Positions 52,250 through 63,844 of a stretch of 64,000 nucleotides of DNA are shown one piece after another. The notes under the pieces were generated by a model. The model was not told the origin of the DNA. It saw only the letters and a list, made by a program, of their open reading frames with translations, and did no database searches. This stretch comes from Candidatus Bathyarchaeota archaeon (GTDB taxonomy: Archaea > Thermoproteota > Bathyarchaeia > Bathyarchaeales > Bathycorpusculaceae). The first letter of the stretch is position 1, and every line of letters begins with the position of its first letter. Where the stretch lies: assembly GCA_963815095.1 (NCBI GenBank), contig CAWFFH010000001.1, forward strand, positions 117,759 to 181,758, in the 5' to 3' direction. The translations under genes and the position numbers were made by a program.

Positions 52250-52962
52250 ATGTCAGAAATGTTGAAAAATATCAAAGAACGTCAATCAAGCCGGGGACCG
52301 TATGACCCAAACAAACCAGTTTCAAAAGAGAATCTTGAGCAAATACTTGAAGCTGCACGATGGGCACCGACAGGGCATAACATGCAGAACTACGAGATAG
52401 TAGTTATAGATGACAGAGCTGATGCTTGAAAGAATCGGCAACATAAAATCACGACTTTTGGAGAAATTTCTACGCGACAACTATGAACAGTTGTCCTTCT
52501 CAGAGGAGGAGTTCAAGCGTAAGAAGACTGGTGTTTTGTCAACTGGTTTTCCGCCTGATTGGGTTAACCCGGCTAAATTCAGCCAACTTGCACGATACTC
52601 CACCATTGCCACTGAGTATTTCTATTAGAGGGAGCCCAACCCTTCTGATGGTTTTGTATGATCCAAGAAAGAAAGCACCTGCCCTTACAGAGGATATTTA
52701 TGGCTTCATAGGTTTAGGTTGCCTTATGGAAAACATCTGGCTGTCTTCACAGGCTCTGGGAATTAGTATGCAAATCCTAAGCCTTTCAGCAATGCTATCC
52801 GTCGAAAATGAACTAAAGCAGCTACTTGGTATCCCTGACCCGTTAAAGATCATCTACACAATCCGCTTGGGCTACCAAACCACTGAATTCCCATAACTAA
52901 GAGTACGCCGAGACATCGAAGACTTTACACACCATAACCACTACCAAAATAAAGTAAAATAG
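52250..52962 (+). pseudogene. Nitroreductase family protein with a frameshift and an in-frame TAA
   Basis: IKERQSSR, LEAARWAPTGHNMQ, GCLMENIWL and RLGY...*LRVRRDIEDF. Confidence 0.82.
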
Positions 52963-53005
52963 AACCGCCTCTATGACGAAAATATAGCCAAAAGAAGTGT
53001 TTAAA

Positions 53006-53746
53006 ATGAAAAAGGGTGGAAATACTGTACTTATAACAGGTGGAGCTACGGGTATTGGACTTGAGCTCGCCAGATCCTTTATCGAGGCGGGCAGCGAGGT
53101 TATCGTTTGTGCCAGAACCGAGGAGAACCTTAAGCAGGCAAAGGACGAGCTGCCAAAGCTGCATATTACAAAATGTGATATCTCAAAGGAAGCAGAGCGT
53201 GAAACACTTTACGAATGGACAATTTCTAACTTTAAGAATTTGAATATCCTTGTGAACAACGCAGGGATCCAGAGAATGATTGACTTTAAGAAAAGGACTT
53301 GACGGATTTGCTTGAGCACAAGATTAAGGATGGAGCAGACGAGATTGAAGTTAATTTGAGTGCGCCGATCTATTTAACAGCCTTGTTCACCCCGCACCTG
53401 ATGAAGCAGAAAGAGGCCGCCATAATTAACGTCTCATCGGGACTAGCTTTTTACCCAAAACGGGAGCTTCCGGTCTACTGTGCCACAAAAGCCGGTCTGC
53501 ATCTCTTCAGTCAGGTGCTAAGATTGCAGCTTGAAGACACTTCTGTTAAGGTGTTCGAAGCTATACCCACTATAGTCGACACTGAATCTAGATAAAGGAG
53601 CGAGAAAAGCTAGAGGCGAGACCTATTTGGGCATAACAACCGCTGAATACATCAAACCTGTAATGAAGGCATTAGAAAACGATCAGTATGAAATACGTGC
53701 GAATCATTATGGACCCCCATCGAGCGGTGAGACAACTGAACAATAG
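53006..53746 (+). pseudogene. Short-chain dehydrogenase (DltE-like), frameshifted
   Basis: LITGGATGIG, LVNNAGI, NVSSGL and YCATKAG. Confidence 0.85.
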
Positions 53747-54260
53747 ACCATTTCTTTTTTTCTTTTAATATTTTATGGCTATATGACCGAAGCTTTTCTC
53801 GATGCATGGGTAAATTAATCTGGGTTGAGCGCTAAGTTATTTTTGTTTTGAAGCGTCTCGCCTACTTGCATTAGCACCCTTAGGGCTGCAGGCTTACACG
53901 TAGAAAGTCCGTTCAGTCAAAACTTGAGAACAAATTACAGAAGAAGAACGGATTGTCAAGTAAAAGATTCGCTGTCTTAGATTGGTAGAATGTAGTAAGC
54001 TAATTCTATAGACTACTACTTCTAATGTTTGCCGAAGTTAAAAAAACCTGATTTCCTGCGGCAAAGTAATTTTTCTACAAATTTACTTCTTAAAAGAACA
54101 ACAACACTTGGAAAAATTTGCTTGTTTGTTTTTGTTTTTCTTCCAATTGATTTTTGGTTAGGGTTGGCGATTTCTTCCTGAGTTACTAACTTTTGAGTTT
54201 TGAGGGGGTGTAACTGAAAAATTTAATTGCGTTGTGAGGAACTTATTATTTAAGTGAGAT

Positions 54261-55177
54261 TTGGTGCCGGAGTTTCTCGTTGGTACTGGCGGTTGGGCTT
54301 ATTTCCAAGTGCCAGGCAAGGCGCCGTTGAAGGCTTACTCTGAAGTGTTCAATTTTGTAGAGGTTAACAGCACCTTCTATGAGTACCCCAATCCGCGGCT
54401 TGTTGAAAGCTGGAGGCGAACGGTTCCTGCTGATTTCGTGTTTTCGGTGCGTTGCCATCAGGACCTCACGCATAGGATCGGTCTTAAGCCATAGATCCAG
54501 CGTTTGAAGTATTCTATAAGATGAAGGCTTACTGCGACGCCTTGGAGGCGCCCTATTTAGTGTTGGAAACTCCGGTTAGCCAAGTTTTGGATGCTAAGGG
54601 CGTTTCGGAGGCTCGCGACTTCTTTTCCTCAATCTCACCTGGCAAAATTCAGTTTGTCTGGGAGTATCGGGCACCCTTCACCGAGCAGGTCGGCAGCCTA
54701 ATGCAGGACTTTGGCATAGTGCAAAGCGTCGACCTATCCCTCAAAAAACCAACCGTACCCTCAAATGTAGCTTACTCGCGGCTCTTTGGCAAGGGCAAAC
54801 ACAACATCTACCAATTCACCGACGAAGAACTCCTCGAAATAGAGCAAAGAGCAGAGGAAACCCAAGCCAAAACCGTCGTCCTATCCTACCATGGACTAAG
54901 AATGAATACTGATGCCGCAAGGTTTCAAAGGCACTTGCAGACGGGCAAGTTTTTGCCTGTAACAGCCTATTTTGGGGTTGAGTCGGCGAAGGCGGTTTTA
55001 GCTGAAGACGCCGTATTTCCTTCGACTAAAGCTGAGTTGGTGGAGGACCAGGGCTGGAAAGTCATCGACTTAACCGCCGAGAAGAAAATCCACTTAGCGG
55101 ATGTGCTTGGCAAAATTCCAGAAAGAAAATATCTGCGGCTAACCGAAGTTGTAGATGAGTTGAAGGCGGTTATTTGA
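54261..55177 (+). CDS. DUF72 family protein 1 with C-terminal extension; one frameshift near 54492
   Basis: VGTGGWAY, FVEVNSTFY, AYSRLFG; tail FPSTKAELVEDQGWK. Confidence 0.8.
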
Positions 55178-56000
55178 AGCAGCAACATCTTGTTAGGCAC
55201 TTGTGGCTGGAGCTACAAAGAATGGGAAGGCAACTTCTATGAGAAACGCAGCTGGCCAAAGCAAACTCCGTGCATACTCAAGGATTTTTAAGACCGCTGA
55301 AATAGACTCGACTTTTTACCGTAACCCATCTAAGGGTACAGTTATGGGTTGGTTGAAGTATTCTCCAAGCGATTTCATCTTCACCGCCAAACTGCCCAAG
55401 CTCATTACGCATGACAAAGCTTTGGGCTTAAGACGGGACGTTAAAGCTGACTTGGTTGAGTTTTTGGATTTAATGAGGCCTCTTGCAGCTTGGAGGAAAA
55501 CTTGGTTGTTTACTGATTCAGTTGCCCCCAAAGTACACCTACAACCCCGAGAACCTCGAAGCGTTCTTCCAAATGCTGGATCCCACGTTTAGGTACGCAG
55601 TTGAGTTTCGCAACGTAACTTGGTTGATGCCTGAAACTCGAACTTTCAAACTTCTTGAACAGTACGGGGTAGCTTACACCAACGTTGATGAGCCGTTGCT
55701 GCCGCCTGAAATGCACTTAACCACTGATTTTGCATATTTCCGTTGGCATGGCCACGGAGAAAACATTTGGTTTGACTACCGCTACAGCAAAGACGAACTG
55801 AGCCATGGGTACCCAAAATTGAGGAAGCGGCAGGCAAAGTCAAGAAAGTCTACGGATACTTCAACAACCACTACCACGGATATGCCCCGGAGAATTGCCT
55901 GCAACTTATGGAACGGCTAGGGCTGCTTTCGAAGGAACAAAAGAAGGCAAAAGAAAAAAGCAGAGTTAAGCAGTCGCAGCTGGGCGCATTTTTCAGTTAA
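55174..56000 (+). CDS. DUF72 family protein 2, several frameshifts
   Basis: LGTCGWSY, EIDSTFY, KLP..ITH, LIQLPP, AVEFR, YFRWHG and YFNNHYHG. Confidence 0.82.
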
Positions 56001-56180
56001 CAACTTCTGGTAACATTAGGAAATATCTCAGAAAAGAAATGCGGATTCTTCTTTAAAGGGCGATCACAGTACAATTAACTAGCCAAAATTGGGATCAAAT
56101 CAAGTTAGAAGTAGTTGAACAATAATTTGTATAGACTACTACTTCTAAGCCATTGAAATCGAAAAAGAAGCTCAATAACC

Positions 56181-57251
56181 TTAGTTACGTTTTCCTAATT
56201 TTGAGGTCTTGTTTTGTTGTTTATCTTCGTATCTGAGTGCTTCTAAGAGTCCTCGGCGCAATTCAAGTTGAGTGGCTTTTTCCGCCGCAAATTTATACAA
56301 GATCGCGCGAGTTTCTGAGCGCGTAAATATTTCATTGCATAAATGGCAGTGATTTACATAGTTGCTTTTGAACTTGATCTGAGGAATCTTTTTCCTGAAT
56401 GAACTTCATTATCCCGTAAGGTCCTTCAAGCGATAGCCAATTGGCTATTAAGTCAGAGTTGACGTTTATCAACATCTTGCAAAGATCATCATTGTTCCAT
56501 TTCCCAAATGTAAGCTCTGGCACAGTTTGCTCCATCATGCCGCAGCACAATTTTAGTTCTTTTTCAGGTGATATTATCAATCCATCCAACACTCCGGAGC
56601 AGGGGCTGGTCCAGCCATAAGGGTTGGTTGGGTAAATGATGTATTTGGACTCATCGAATTTATCGGCCCCTTGACCTATTGGGACAGTAAATGAAGATGA
56701 GTAAAGGTTTTCACCATCTTGCTGGTCTTTTTCTTCTTTAAACTCTTTTAGTTCTACACCTAAAAATTTGCTAAGGTATTCTGGAGTAATTCTCATATTT
56801 ACGACCCGTTTGTGCGCTAAAAGAACCGGTATTGCCGCTTTTTTTGTTACCCAAAATGCATTGTATATATTTTCTAAAGGAATATGCTCCTGATGCAAGT
56901 CGTCGCAACTAAAGTTTATCTCTGACAATCCAGCTTTTTTGAGTCGTTTTATTACTTCTTCAGCAGCTGAAGGATTTCTCGCCCCAAAACGCATTTGTTA
57001 CAACGCGAGTCCAAAGACCCAATGAATGAGCAAAGCGGATGGTCTCTTCAACTTCTTCTGATCTGTAGAGCGGTTCTCCTCCAGTAAATATTACCGATCT
57101 AAGACCCACCTGATTGTTAACAACAGAAATAGCTTCTTTCATGAATTTGGCGTCAAGAAAAGGACCATTATGTGGTCCAGAACGCGTTACACAATACTTA
57201 CAACTAATGGGGCAGTCATAAGTTACAGAGAAGAATTAGCTTCTTTAACAA
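56181..57251 (-). CDS. Radical SAM enzyme, YydG/EpeE-like with C-terminal Cys-rich domain; frameshifted
   Basis: TYDCPISCKYC (CX3CX2C), FTGGEP, VTNAFW, FSCDDLH, PC...LCCG and NHCHLCNE. Confidence 0.85.
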
Positions 57252-57302
57252 GACTTGCCCTTCTGATGTAGCTCTGTCGTTGGGTTTTAGGTTTTTGTGT
57301 TC

Positions 57303-57874
57303 TTAGCGGCTTTTTGTTTCAATAGCTTTCGTTAGTTGTACTATCGTGTCGTTTGATAACATGGGTGCTCTGAAAAAGCGTTCCCTAACTATCTCCTCTT
57401 TGAAGATAGAGGTTGTTTCAAACTTTGTAGTGCTATAATGGTCTGTTCCCTTTTCTGACACTGTGCCACTTCCGCCCCAATCTGTATTGGATCCGCGGTT
57501 TGATTCTGAGCTTTTTCAGAATGATGGACTTAGACACTTGTGGCAATGCCTACCGTTTTAGGTTTGAACTTTAGATGGGCATCTTCAATTGTGAGAACTG
57601 GGAGCCTAAAAATGTCTTCAAAGCGCAGTTTCTTGTCGCTATTTAATTTCTGCTAGCGTTTTCCAGTGCAAAACGAAAGTCAATTAGTACTTGCGGAGAT
57701 AGGTCCGGTGATGGATCTATTCCATGGGCTGCAGAGTGATGCTTTAAGATTTTGGAGAAAAACTAAGTATGCATCATCATTTAAGAGAAGGTCTTTAATA
57801 AAAACTTGAAACGTTGGGGAAATTGGTTTAATTTTTTCATTAATTCTTAAAGGCTTATCTGTTCTTCCAGACAA
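57303..57874 (-). CDS. Hypothetical ~190-aa protein upstream of the radical SAM gene; candidate RiPP precursor; frameshifted
   Basis: GGTGA SD and TTG start. Reconstructed across frameshifts: FIKDLLLNDDAYLVFLQNLKASLAAHGIDP...SSESNRGSNTDWGGSGTVSEKGTDHYSTTKF...RAPMLS. Confidence 0.5.
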
Positions 57875-58046
57875 TATAATTCACCGAAAAATTTTATTTC
57901 TTAAATAATATTTCCGTTGTCTTAATATTAAAGTTTTGCATTTTGACAAATCGGTTCGCAGGCGATAGGAATTTTCTTAAAGTCAAAAAGCCAAGAGTTG
58001 ACTTATGCAATATTTGTTCGGGATTGAATGGGCCCTCGTAAGTTAA

Positions 58047-58397
58047 TTATGTTTGGATCGTGATTGGTTTCTTGTTTTCTTCGATTTGTTTTTCCATTGC
58101 TTTTTTTGATATAGTCATGTCCAGCGTGATTAATTGTTTTACAATTTCGTTAGTTCTGTCAAGCTTGTACATGGTGGCTCTTCCAATTTTACGGGTTACG
58201 ATGAGCGCTCCTGATTTTTCAAGTTCTTTCCAATACTTGAAGAAAGTTACTCTACTCATAGCAAGGTTGCTGGCAATTTCGTTCTTGGAGTAATCAGAAA
58301 GTGGGTTGTCTAAAAAGAAATCTATAATCCTTAGTGTTGGGCTGTTTCCAAGGTATTTGAGCAGAAGCGTTTCATCTGCGTGGTATACCGTTTCCAT
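58047..58397 (-). CDS. Winged helix-turn-helix protein
   Basis: LGNSPTLRIIDFFL...YSKNEIA..L.MSR.T...TRKIGRATMYKL. Start at ATG 58397. Confidence 0.82.
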   Translation of the reverse strand: METVYHADETLLLKYLGNSPTLRIIDFFLDNPLSDYSKNEIASNLAMSRVTFFKYWKELEKSGALIVTRKIGRATMYKLDRTNEIVKQLITLDMTISKKAMEKQIEENKKPITIQT

Positions 58398-58469
58398 GTT
58401 AAGACCTGCTTTATCAAAATAAAGACAAAGTATATAAGAATAACCGTTTAAAGTATCAAAAGTGAACTC

Positions 58470-58751
58470 ATGCTTTCCGACGATGAAATAAAAGCCACAA
58501 TCCTCTTCAAGCTTCATAAAAGAGGCAACTGGGGGGCGAGTCATACAGCCTTCGACAACTTGCAAAAAGGTTTCAAACAAGAGGACCTGGGAAAGCAAGG
58601 AAAAAAGAGAACAGAAACAAACGCCAAAAATCTTATCCGTCAAGGATGGATTATCCCCAAACCTACAAGTTATGGATTGCAAGTAGCACTCGACCCTAAA
58701 GAAAGTAAAGCGATAATTTCATACATGAGACAATTTTTCCCAGAAGTCTAA
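58470..58751 (+). CDS. Small hypothetical protein divergent from the wHTH gene
   Basis: 93 aa: IL.KL....WGASHT...LI..GW...KPTSYG..V.L.P. Confidence 0.72.
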   Translation: MLSDDEIKATILFKLHKRGNWGASHTAFDNLQKGFKQEDLGKQGKKRTETNAKNLIRQGWIIPKPTSYGLQVALDPKESKAIISYMRQFFPEV

Positions 58752-58759
58752 ACGAAAGC

Positions 58760-58818
58760 GGTGCTCTGAGGTGAGACTTGAACCCGCAAATGCCTGCGCC
58801 AGAGGATCTTAAGTTCTC
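58760..58818 (-). pseudogene. Degenerate 3' part of tRNA-Leu(TAA)
   Basis: Minus strand GAGAA-CTTAAGA-TCCTC, long variable arm, GCGGG-TTCAAGT-CTCAC, ...GCACC. No D arm or 5' acceptor strand. Confidence 0.65.
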
Positions 58819-59019
58819 CTCCATAAAAATCTTTAAACAAATGAAAAGTCATAGAGATGAAATGGTGCAAAATGTGAAGCCTTATCCATTTCCAGACCTT
58901 GAAGGAAAAGATGCACAGGTTTTTGAACAACAAATTAGGGAACCACTTACCATTATCCAGAAACGTATGATCGCGGAATGCGTCATCGTTTTTGCTCAAA
59001 TTAAAAAAAGAAAATAGAG

Positions 59020-59315
<296 letters not shown>

Positions 59316-59430
59316 CCTCCGCTTAAGATCTGTTCCCGAGTTCTAAAATTTCACAACCTTAAAAGGCATTTTCACCATTTTCAGATTGGGAACAAAAGGG
59401 CAGTCATATTCTTTTAGATGAATTGTAAAG

Positions 59431-59807
59431 AGAAGAAGAAGGATGGGTGATTTTCTACGGCATGTTTTTCTTCTTCTTCCCAATGGGCTCAGAAAATTTG
59501 TCCATGTAGAAAAGACAGTAACCTACGTAGAAGTAGACCAGAAAATATTTCACTGTTCTACTACTACCCACAAAGACCTCCATCTGAGGTTAGGCGGTTG
59601 ATTTTGCTACCCAGTAAAGTTGGATAAAGAAAAAACTGTTTCCAACAGAATTAGACTTCTTTTTCTTATATGAATAAACCTAACTTCTTAAATAAAATAA
59701 GGACATGTGATTTTTTACGGCGTGTTTTTCTTCTTCCATCAAGTCCAGAAAACTCACGCAACTAAAAGAAGAAGACAACAACCATTGCACACAGCATTGT
59801 CTTTTTT
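59431..59807 (+). repeat. Composite repeat cluster (B + A + B + tail modules)
   Basis: Modules match 39687-39769, 40406-40495 and 33803-33845. Confidence 0.82.
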
Positions 59808-59848
59808 AAGAATAAGAAAAAGGGAGGAGAGTTTTTTGCTATGATACT

Positions 59849-60581
59849 TTACGATGGTGGAACGAATGTTGTGATTCCATGCATTATTATGTCGCCATCG
59901 GTCATTGGGTGCGAAACATATCCCCATGAAAGACATGTGAAAGCTCCGTCTGCGTTGAATCCCATTTCATCTGCATATTTTGTGTAGCCAGAAGCGCCTG
60001 GGTAGCCAGTAAACGTAGTGGTTATGTCTTGGTGGACTGAGCCACCTACTTTGTCTAACGATATTGTGAAAGCAGGTATAGTGACAAGTGTAACTCCTCC
60101 AGTAGGTTTGAGCCATAGGATCGTCTGCGGAGCAGTCAATTCAGCGGATATACTATTTCCATGCCTTTCTACTGAAAGCACGCTATCCGAGACAAATTTT
60201 AGGTTCAAAGGGAACAATGCTGCTGGCAATCCACTCATAAGAGTCTTCAGGAAAGGTAAGGCGTCAGGATTAGTCGTGAAGTCAGCAATTGGAACCCAAA
60301 CAAAAGACCCATCGGGCTGCGGGTAAAGTATTTGAACACTTAAAAGATCTCCAGATAGTACTGATCCGATTTCTATGTTGTGAACTTCAATTCGTAGATT
60401 ATTTGCAGGTATTCCACCAGACGGCCATCCAGCTGGTGTTGCAATAACTGCACTACCCCCACTCAAATATGACCTTGTAACTCCTGCGTCCAAGTTATAG
60501 TTCTTGGCAAAGGCTGGTGCAACTGCTGAAACGGCAAAAATCGCCACAATTGCGATAACTAATATTGCTATTTTTTTTCAT
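59849..60581 (-). CDS. Secreted hypothetical protein; frameshift in the 5' A-run
   Basis: GGAGGTGA SD, MKK-IAILVIAIVAIFAVSAVAPAFA signal peptide, beta-rich body. Confidence 0.72.
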
Positions 60582-60701
60582 TCATTTTTCACCTCCAATT
60601 TCATCCTATGAGCTTTAATAAGGTGCGGAAAATTATGTAGCGTTTTTTCTGCATTTTTCCGCAAAAACATAAAATTGAAGTTTATACGATTTGAGGAGTT
60701 A

Positions 60702-63700
60702 TTATGTTTTCATGATTTGCTTTACTTTTTTATCTTCCAAGCAAACTCTGACTTTTTGGATGCGTCCTCCTCGACCTCTTTCTCCTGAAAAAAATCGCGT
60801 CTCAATCAAACCAAGTTTTGTTAGTTCACGTTTTGCTTGACCACCGTTGCCTGACCTTCCATACATGCTGTGTTTTGATACTTTTCCTTGTTTCACAACT
60901 TCCATTAGCGTTCGCCATCCTGACTTCTCTTGAGGATTCTTATGTTGGACATAATCTTCTTTGAAGGCTTTAACTAGAAAATTAAAGGCTTGCTCAGCAG
61001 ACTTTAGAGTCGAAAGTGAAAGTGGGTGGTTGTTCAAATTCAGTGCCGAGATCTGATTTAGGTCAGTTCGGCAGCAGGTTGAACAGATATCAAAATGCTG
61101 TTAATTCGGCATGTTTTTTGTTTTCCTAAGTCATCGAAGTATGAACTATTGGGTTTAAATTAAAAACGCCCTGCTTTCTTTGGTTTAACAATAGTTTTTA
61201 TTGTAAAAACTTCAAATGGTTTAATGTCTTTTGACTTCCATTTAATTGAGCCATTCTTTGATGGTGCAGTTTTCAGAAATGCTTAAAATTTCAAATTCAG
61301 GAAAGGCATTTTCTATTTTAATCAATGTTCCATGGGCTCTTGAAATGTTGACTAAATCAATCCTTGTTTCGAATGTTTTGCCTAACAGAGACGTTTTTGG
61401 GTGCCATTAGATTTGTTTGAATATTGACATGTTCAAATCTATCCCTTAATTCCTTGGAAAATCTTTTGTGATTCCTCTAGTTGCTTTGTTGCTGAGTTAA
61501 TCTGTCCTTGCCTTGTTAGAATTAAGGAGTAAACACTTTTTTGCCAAGCTTCTATACCTGGACCAATGCTTCTTAGCTACCTCTATGCTCTCCTCGAAAT
61601 ACTGGTTTGATTCATTATAATTCTTGTTTCCAGCATAAAAAACAGCTTTCGTAAAGGAACCAAACAAAGCTGGATTTGCAATTACCTCGTTGGGCAACTC
61701 AATAAGCTTTTCATAAAATCGTTTTGCTTGCTCCAAATCACCCGCAAAAATGTAGCACCTTACAAGGTTGTTGTAGACTAAGGCTTGAGTGAATTTCGAT
61801 TCTGTTTTGTTGCAATATTCAAGTGCACGTTAACCCTTTTGATAATGCTCCTTTGACGTCGCCGGTACCCGAAATTATGCTGGCTAAGAGTGCATTCGAT
61901 TCAGCTATTGTTTTGTAGTCTGCTAGCCTCTCGCCAATTTCAATCGCGTTCTTTAGCATGTCCGAGGATTCTTGACCAAATCCAATGTCTGCAAATTGTA
62001 CTCCTGCAGCCCAGTAACCTTCCATCTGTCTGACGTAAATCACCAAGCTCTCCTAACATTGCGATTGATCTGAGAACTGCCGCAATTCCTTTTTCAAGTT
62101 TGCCTGCATAAATGTTAGCGACCCCTACTCCTATTAATTCTGAGGCAACATCGCTGATAGAATATTCTTCTTCAGAAATCTTCAAGGCTGCCTCGTAATC
62201 TTCAAGAGCCTGTGCAAAGTTTCCTTTGTATATTAGAGCTCTTCCTTTTCTGTAGCGGATTCGTGCGGTTTCCAAGCGGTCTTCAGTGGCTAATGGCTCT
62301 GCTTGCTTAGTTAGGTCCAAAAGATGAACGGTATCGCCTTCAAAAAACGCTGCGTCCATGGCTTTTCTTAGTGCCCGTAGTTTTACTGCGCCCGATGCCT
62401 TACTGCTTAGTTGTTCGTAGGCTTTCAAAGCATCTGTGAACATGCTGTTGGCATAGAAAGCGTCACCTAAGCCTTCTATTGCTTCAATCTTTTCAGGAAC
62501 AAATTTTTGTTTTTCTTCGACAGTTTGCATAACAAAGTTGAAGTGTTTTATTGCCTCAGCATTGCTGTAACGGGCCAACGCGTTTTTTCCTGCAAGAAGT
62601 GAGTATTTTATTGCTTTTTCAGTGTTTTGGGATTGAACATAATGATAAGCTAACTCTCCTAGTTGGAGGTCATCTGAATTTTGATTGGTGTCTTCTAGTT
62701 TTTGAGCGATTCTTAAGTGATATTTTGTTTTTAGCGGTTCCGGGATTTCTTCGTAGAGCATTTCTTGGTATTTGGCATGATCAAATCGGTAAAGTTTTCC
62801 TTCATTGTGAATTAGTAGAGTTGCCTTTGCGATAGCATTCAATTCTTCTAGAATGTCTAGGCTGTCCTTGGCTATTACAGCTGAAAGAAGTTCTGGGTCA
62901 AATTTGTTTCCTATAACTGAAGCTGCATTTAGCGCTTTTCTTTGAATGGGTGTAAGGGAATCAAGTCTTCTTAGTAAAACGTCCTTAACTTTTGCTGGGA
63001 TTTCAAATTTCTCTACGGTGTGTATCCACTGATTTTTTTCTTGAATAATGCTTCCCTGTTTACTTAGCAGCCGCAAGGATTCAACGATGAAAAGTGGATT
63101 TCCATGGCTTTCCAATTGTAATTTCTTTTCGAATGTTGCATCTATTTTTCCGCCCAGCATGCTTTCAGCGATCAAACGGATTTCTTTTGAGTCGAATTGA
63201 CTTAATTTTAATTTGTGATACAACCCTTCGCGTCCCATTAGTCGAATCGTTTGCACCAGAGGGGAAGGATTTGGTAAATCGTTTGTTTGGGTGTTGAGTT
63301 CTTCATCTCTAAAAGTCGCTATGATAAGTATTCTTTCTGCTTCAATGGCTCGTGAGATATAGTGCAGAAGTGAAAGGGATGCTGAATCAGCCCAATGGAG
63401 GTCATCAATGAAAAACATCATTGGTTTGTTGGTGGAGAGGGTTAGGAGTTCTTTTGTGATTGCTGCAAAGGTTTTGTCTTTCCAGGTTTGAGGTGTTATT
63501 TCTTGTCTTTCAGTTCGGTTTAGTTCAATCAGGGATGTTTTTAGTGTTTCTTGTTTGGCTAAGCTTGAAGTTTCTGATGAGAGAAATGATTCGAAAGCTT
63601 CAGTGAATGGAAAATAGGGCTCGGCGGAGTTGCTGAGACACCAACCAGTTAGGACTTGAATATTTTTCTTTTGAGCAAGCTCTGAAAACTCCCTAATTAA

Positions 63701-63844
63701 TCTGGTTTTTCCACTTCCTGCTTCTCCAGAAATGAAAACGGTGGTTCCTCTACCAGCTATCGCACATTCTAAAAATTGGCTTAACTCATCTAACTCATGG
63801 TTTCTGCCAACAAAAATTGGTTCATTTAAGATATTAGACTGCAG
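60702..63844 (-). CDS. STAND-type AAA_16 ATPase with TPR repeats and C-terminal wHTH-like domain; CTG start; frameshifted
   Basis: FVGR..EL, GEAGSGKT, FIDDLHWAD, GNPLF, RFDH and TPR helices; tail GWRTLMEV...LIETRFFSGERGRGG. Confidence 0.85.

Noticed and set aside
24969-54494. Stop-codon recoding (pyrrolysine/TAG readthrough) suggested by internal stops at 33437 and 37256
   Set aside because: Internal TAA stops (24969, 52894) and many single-base indels occur too, many intact genes end in TAG, and no pyl genes are present. Errors or decay explain it better.
6015-58818. One integrated element bounded by the two tRNA sequences
   Set aside because: The tRNAs are different isotypes on opposite strands, I found no duplicate of the tRNA-Gly 3' end, and there is no integrase in the window.
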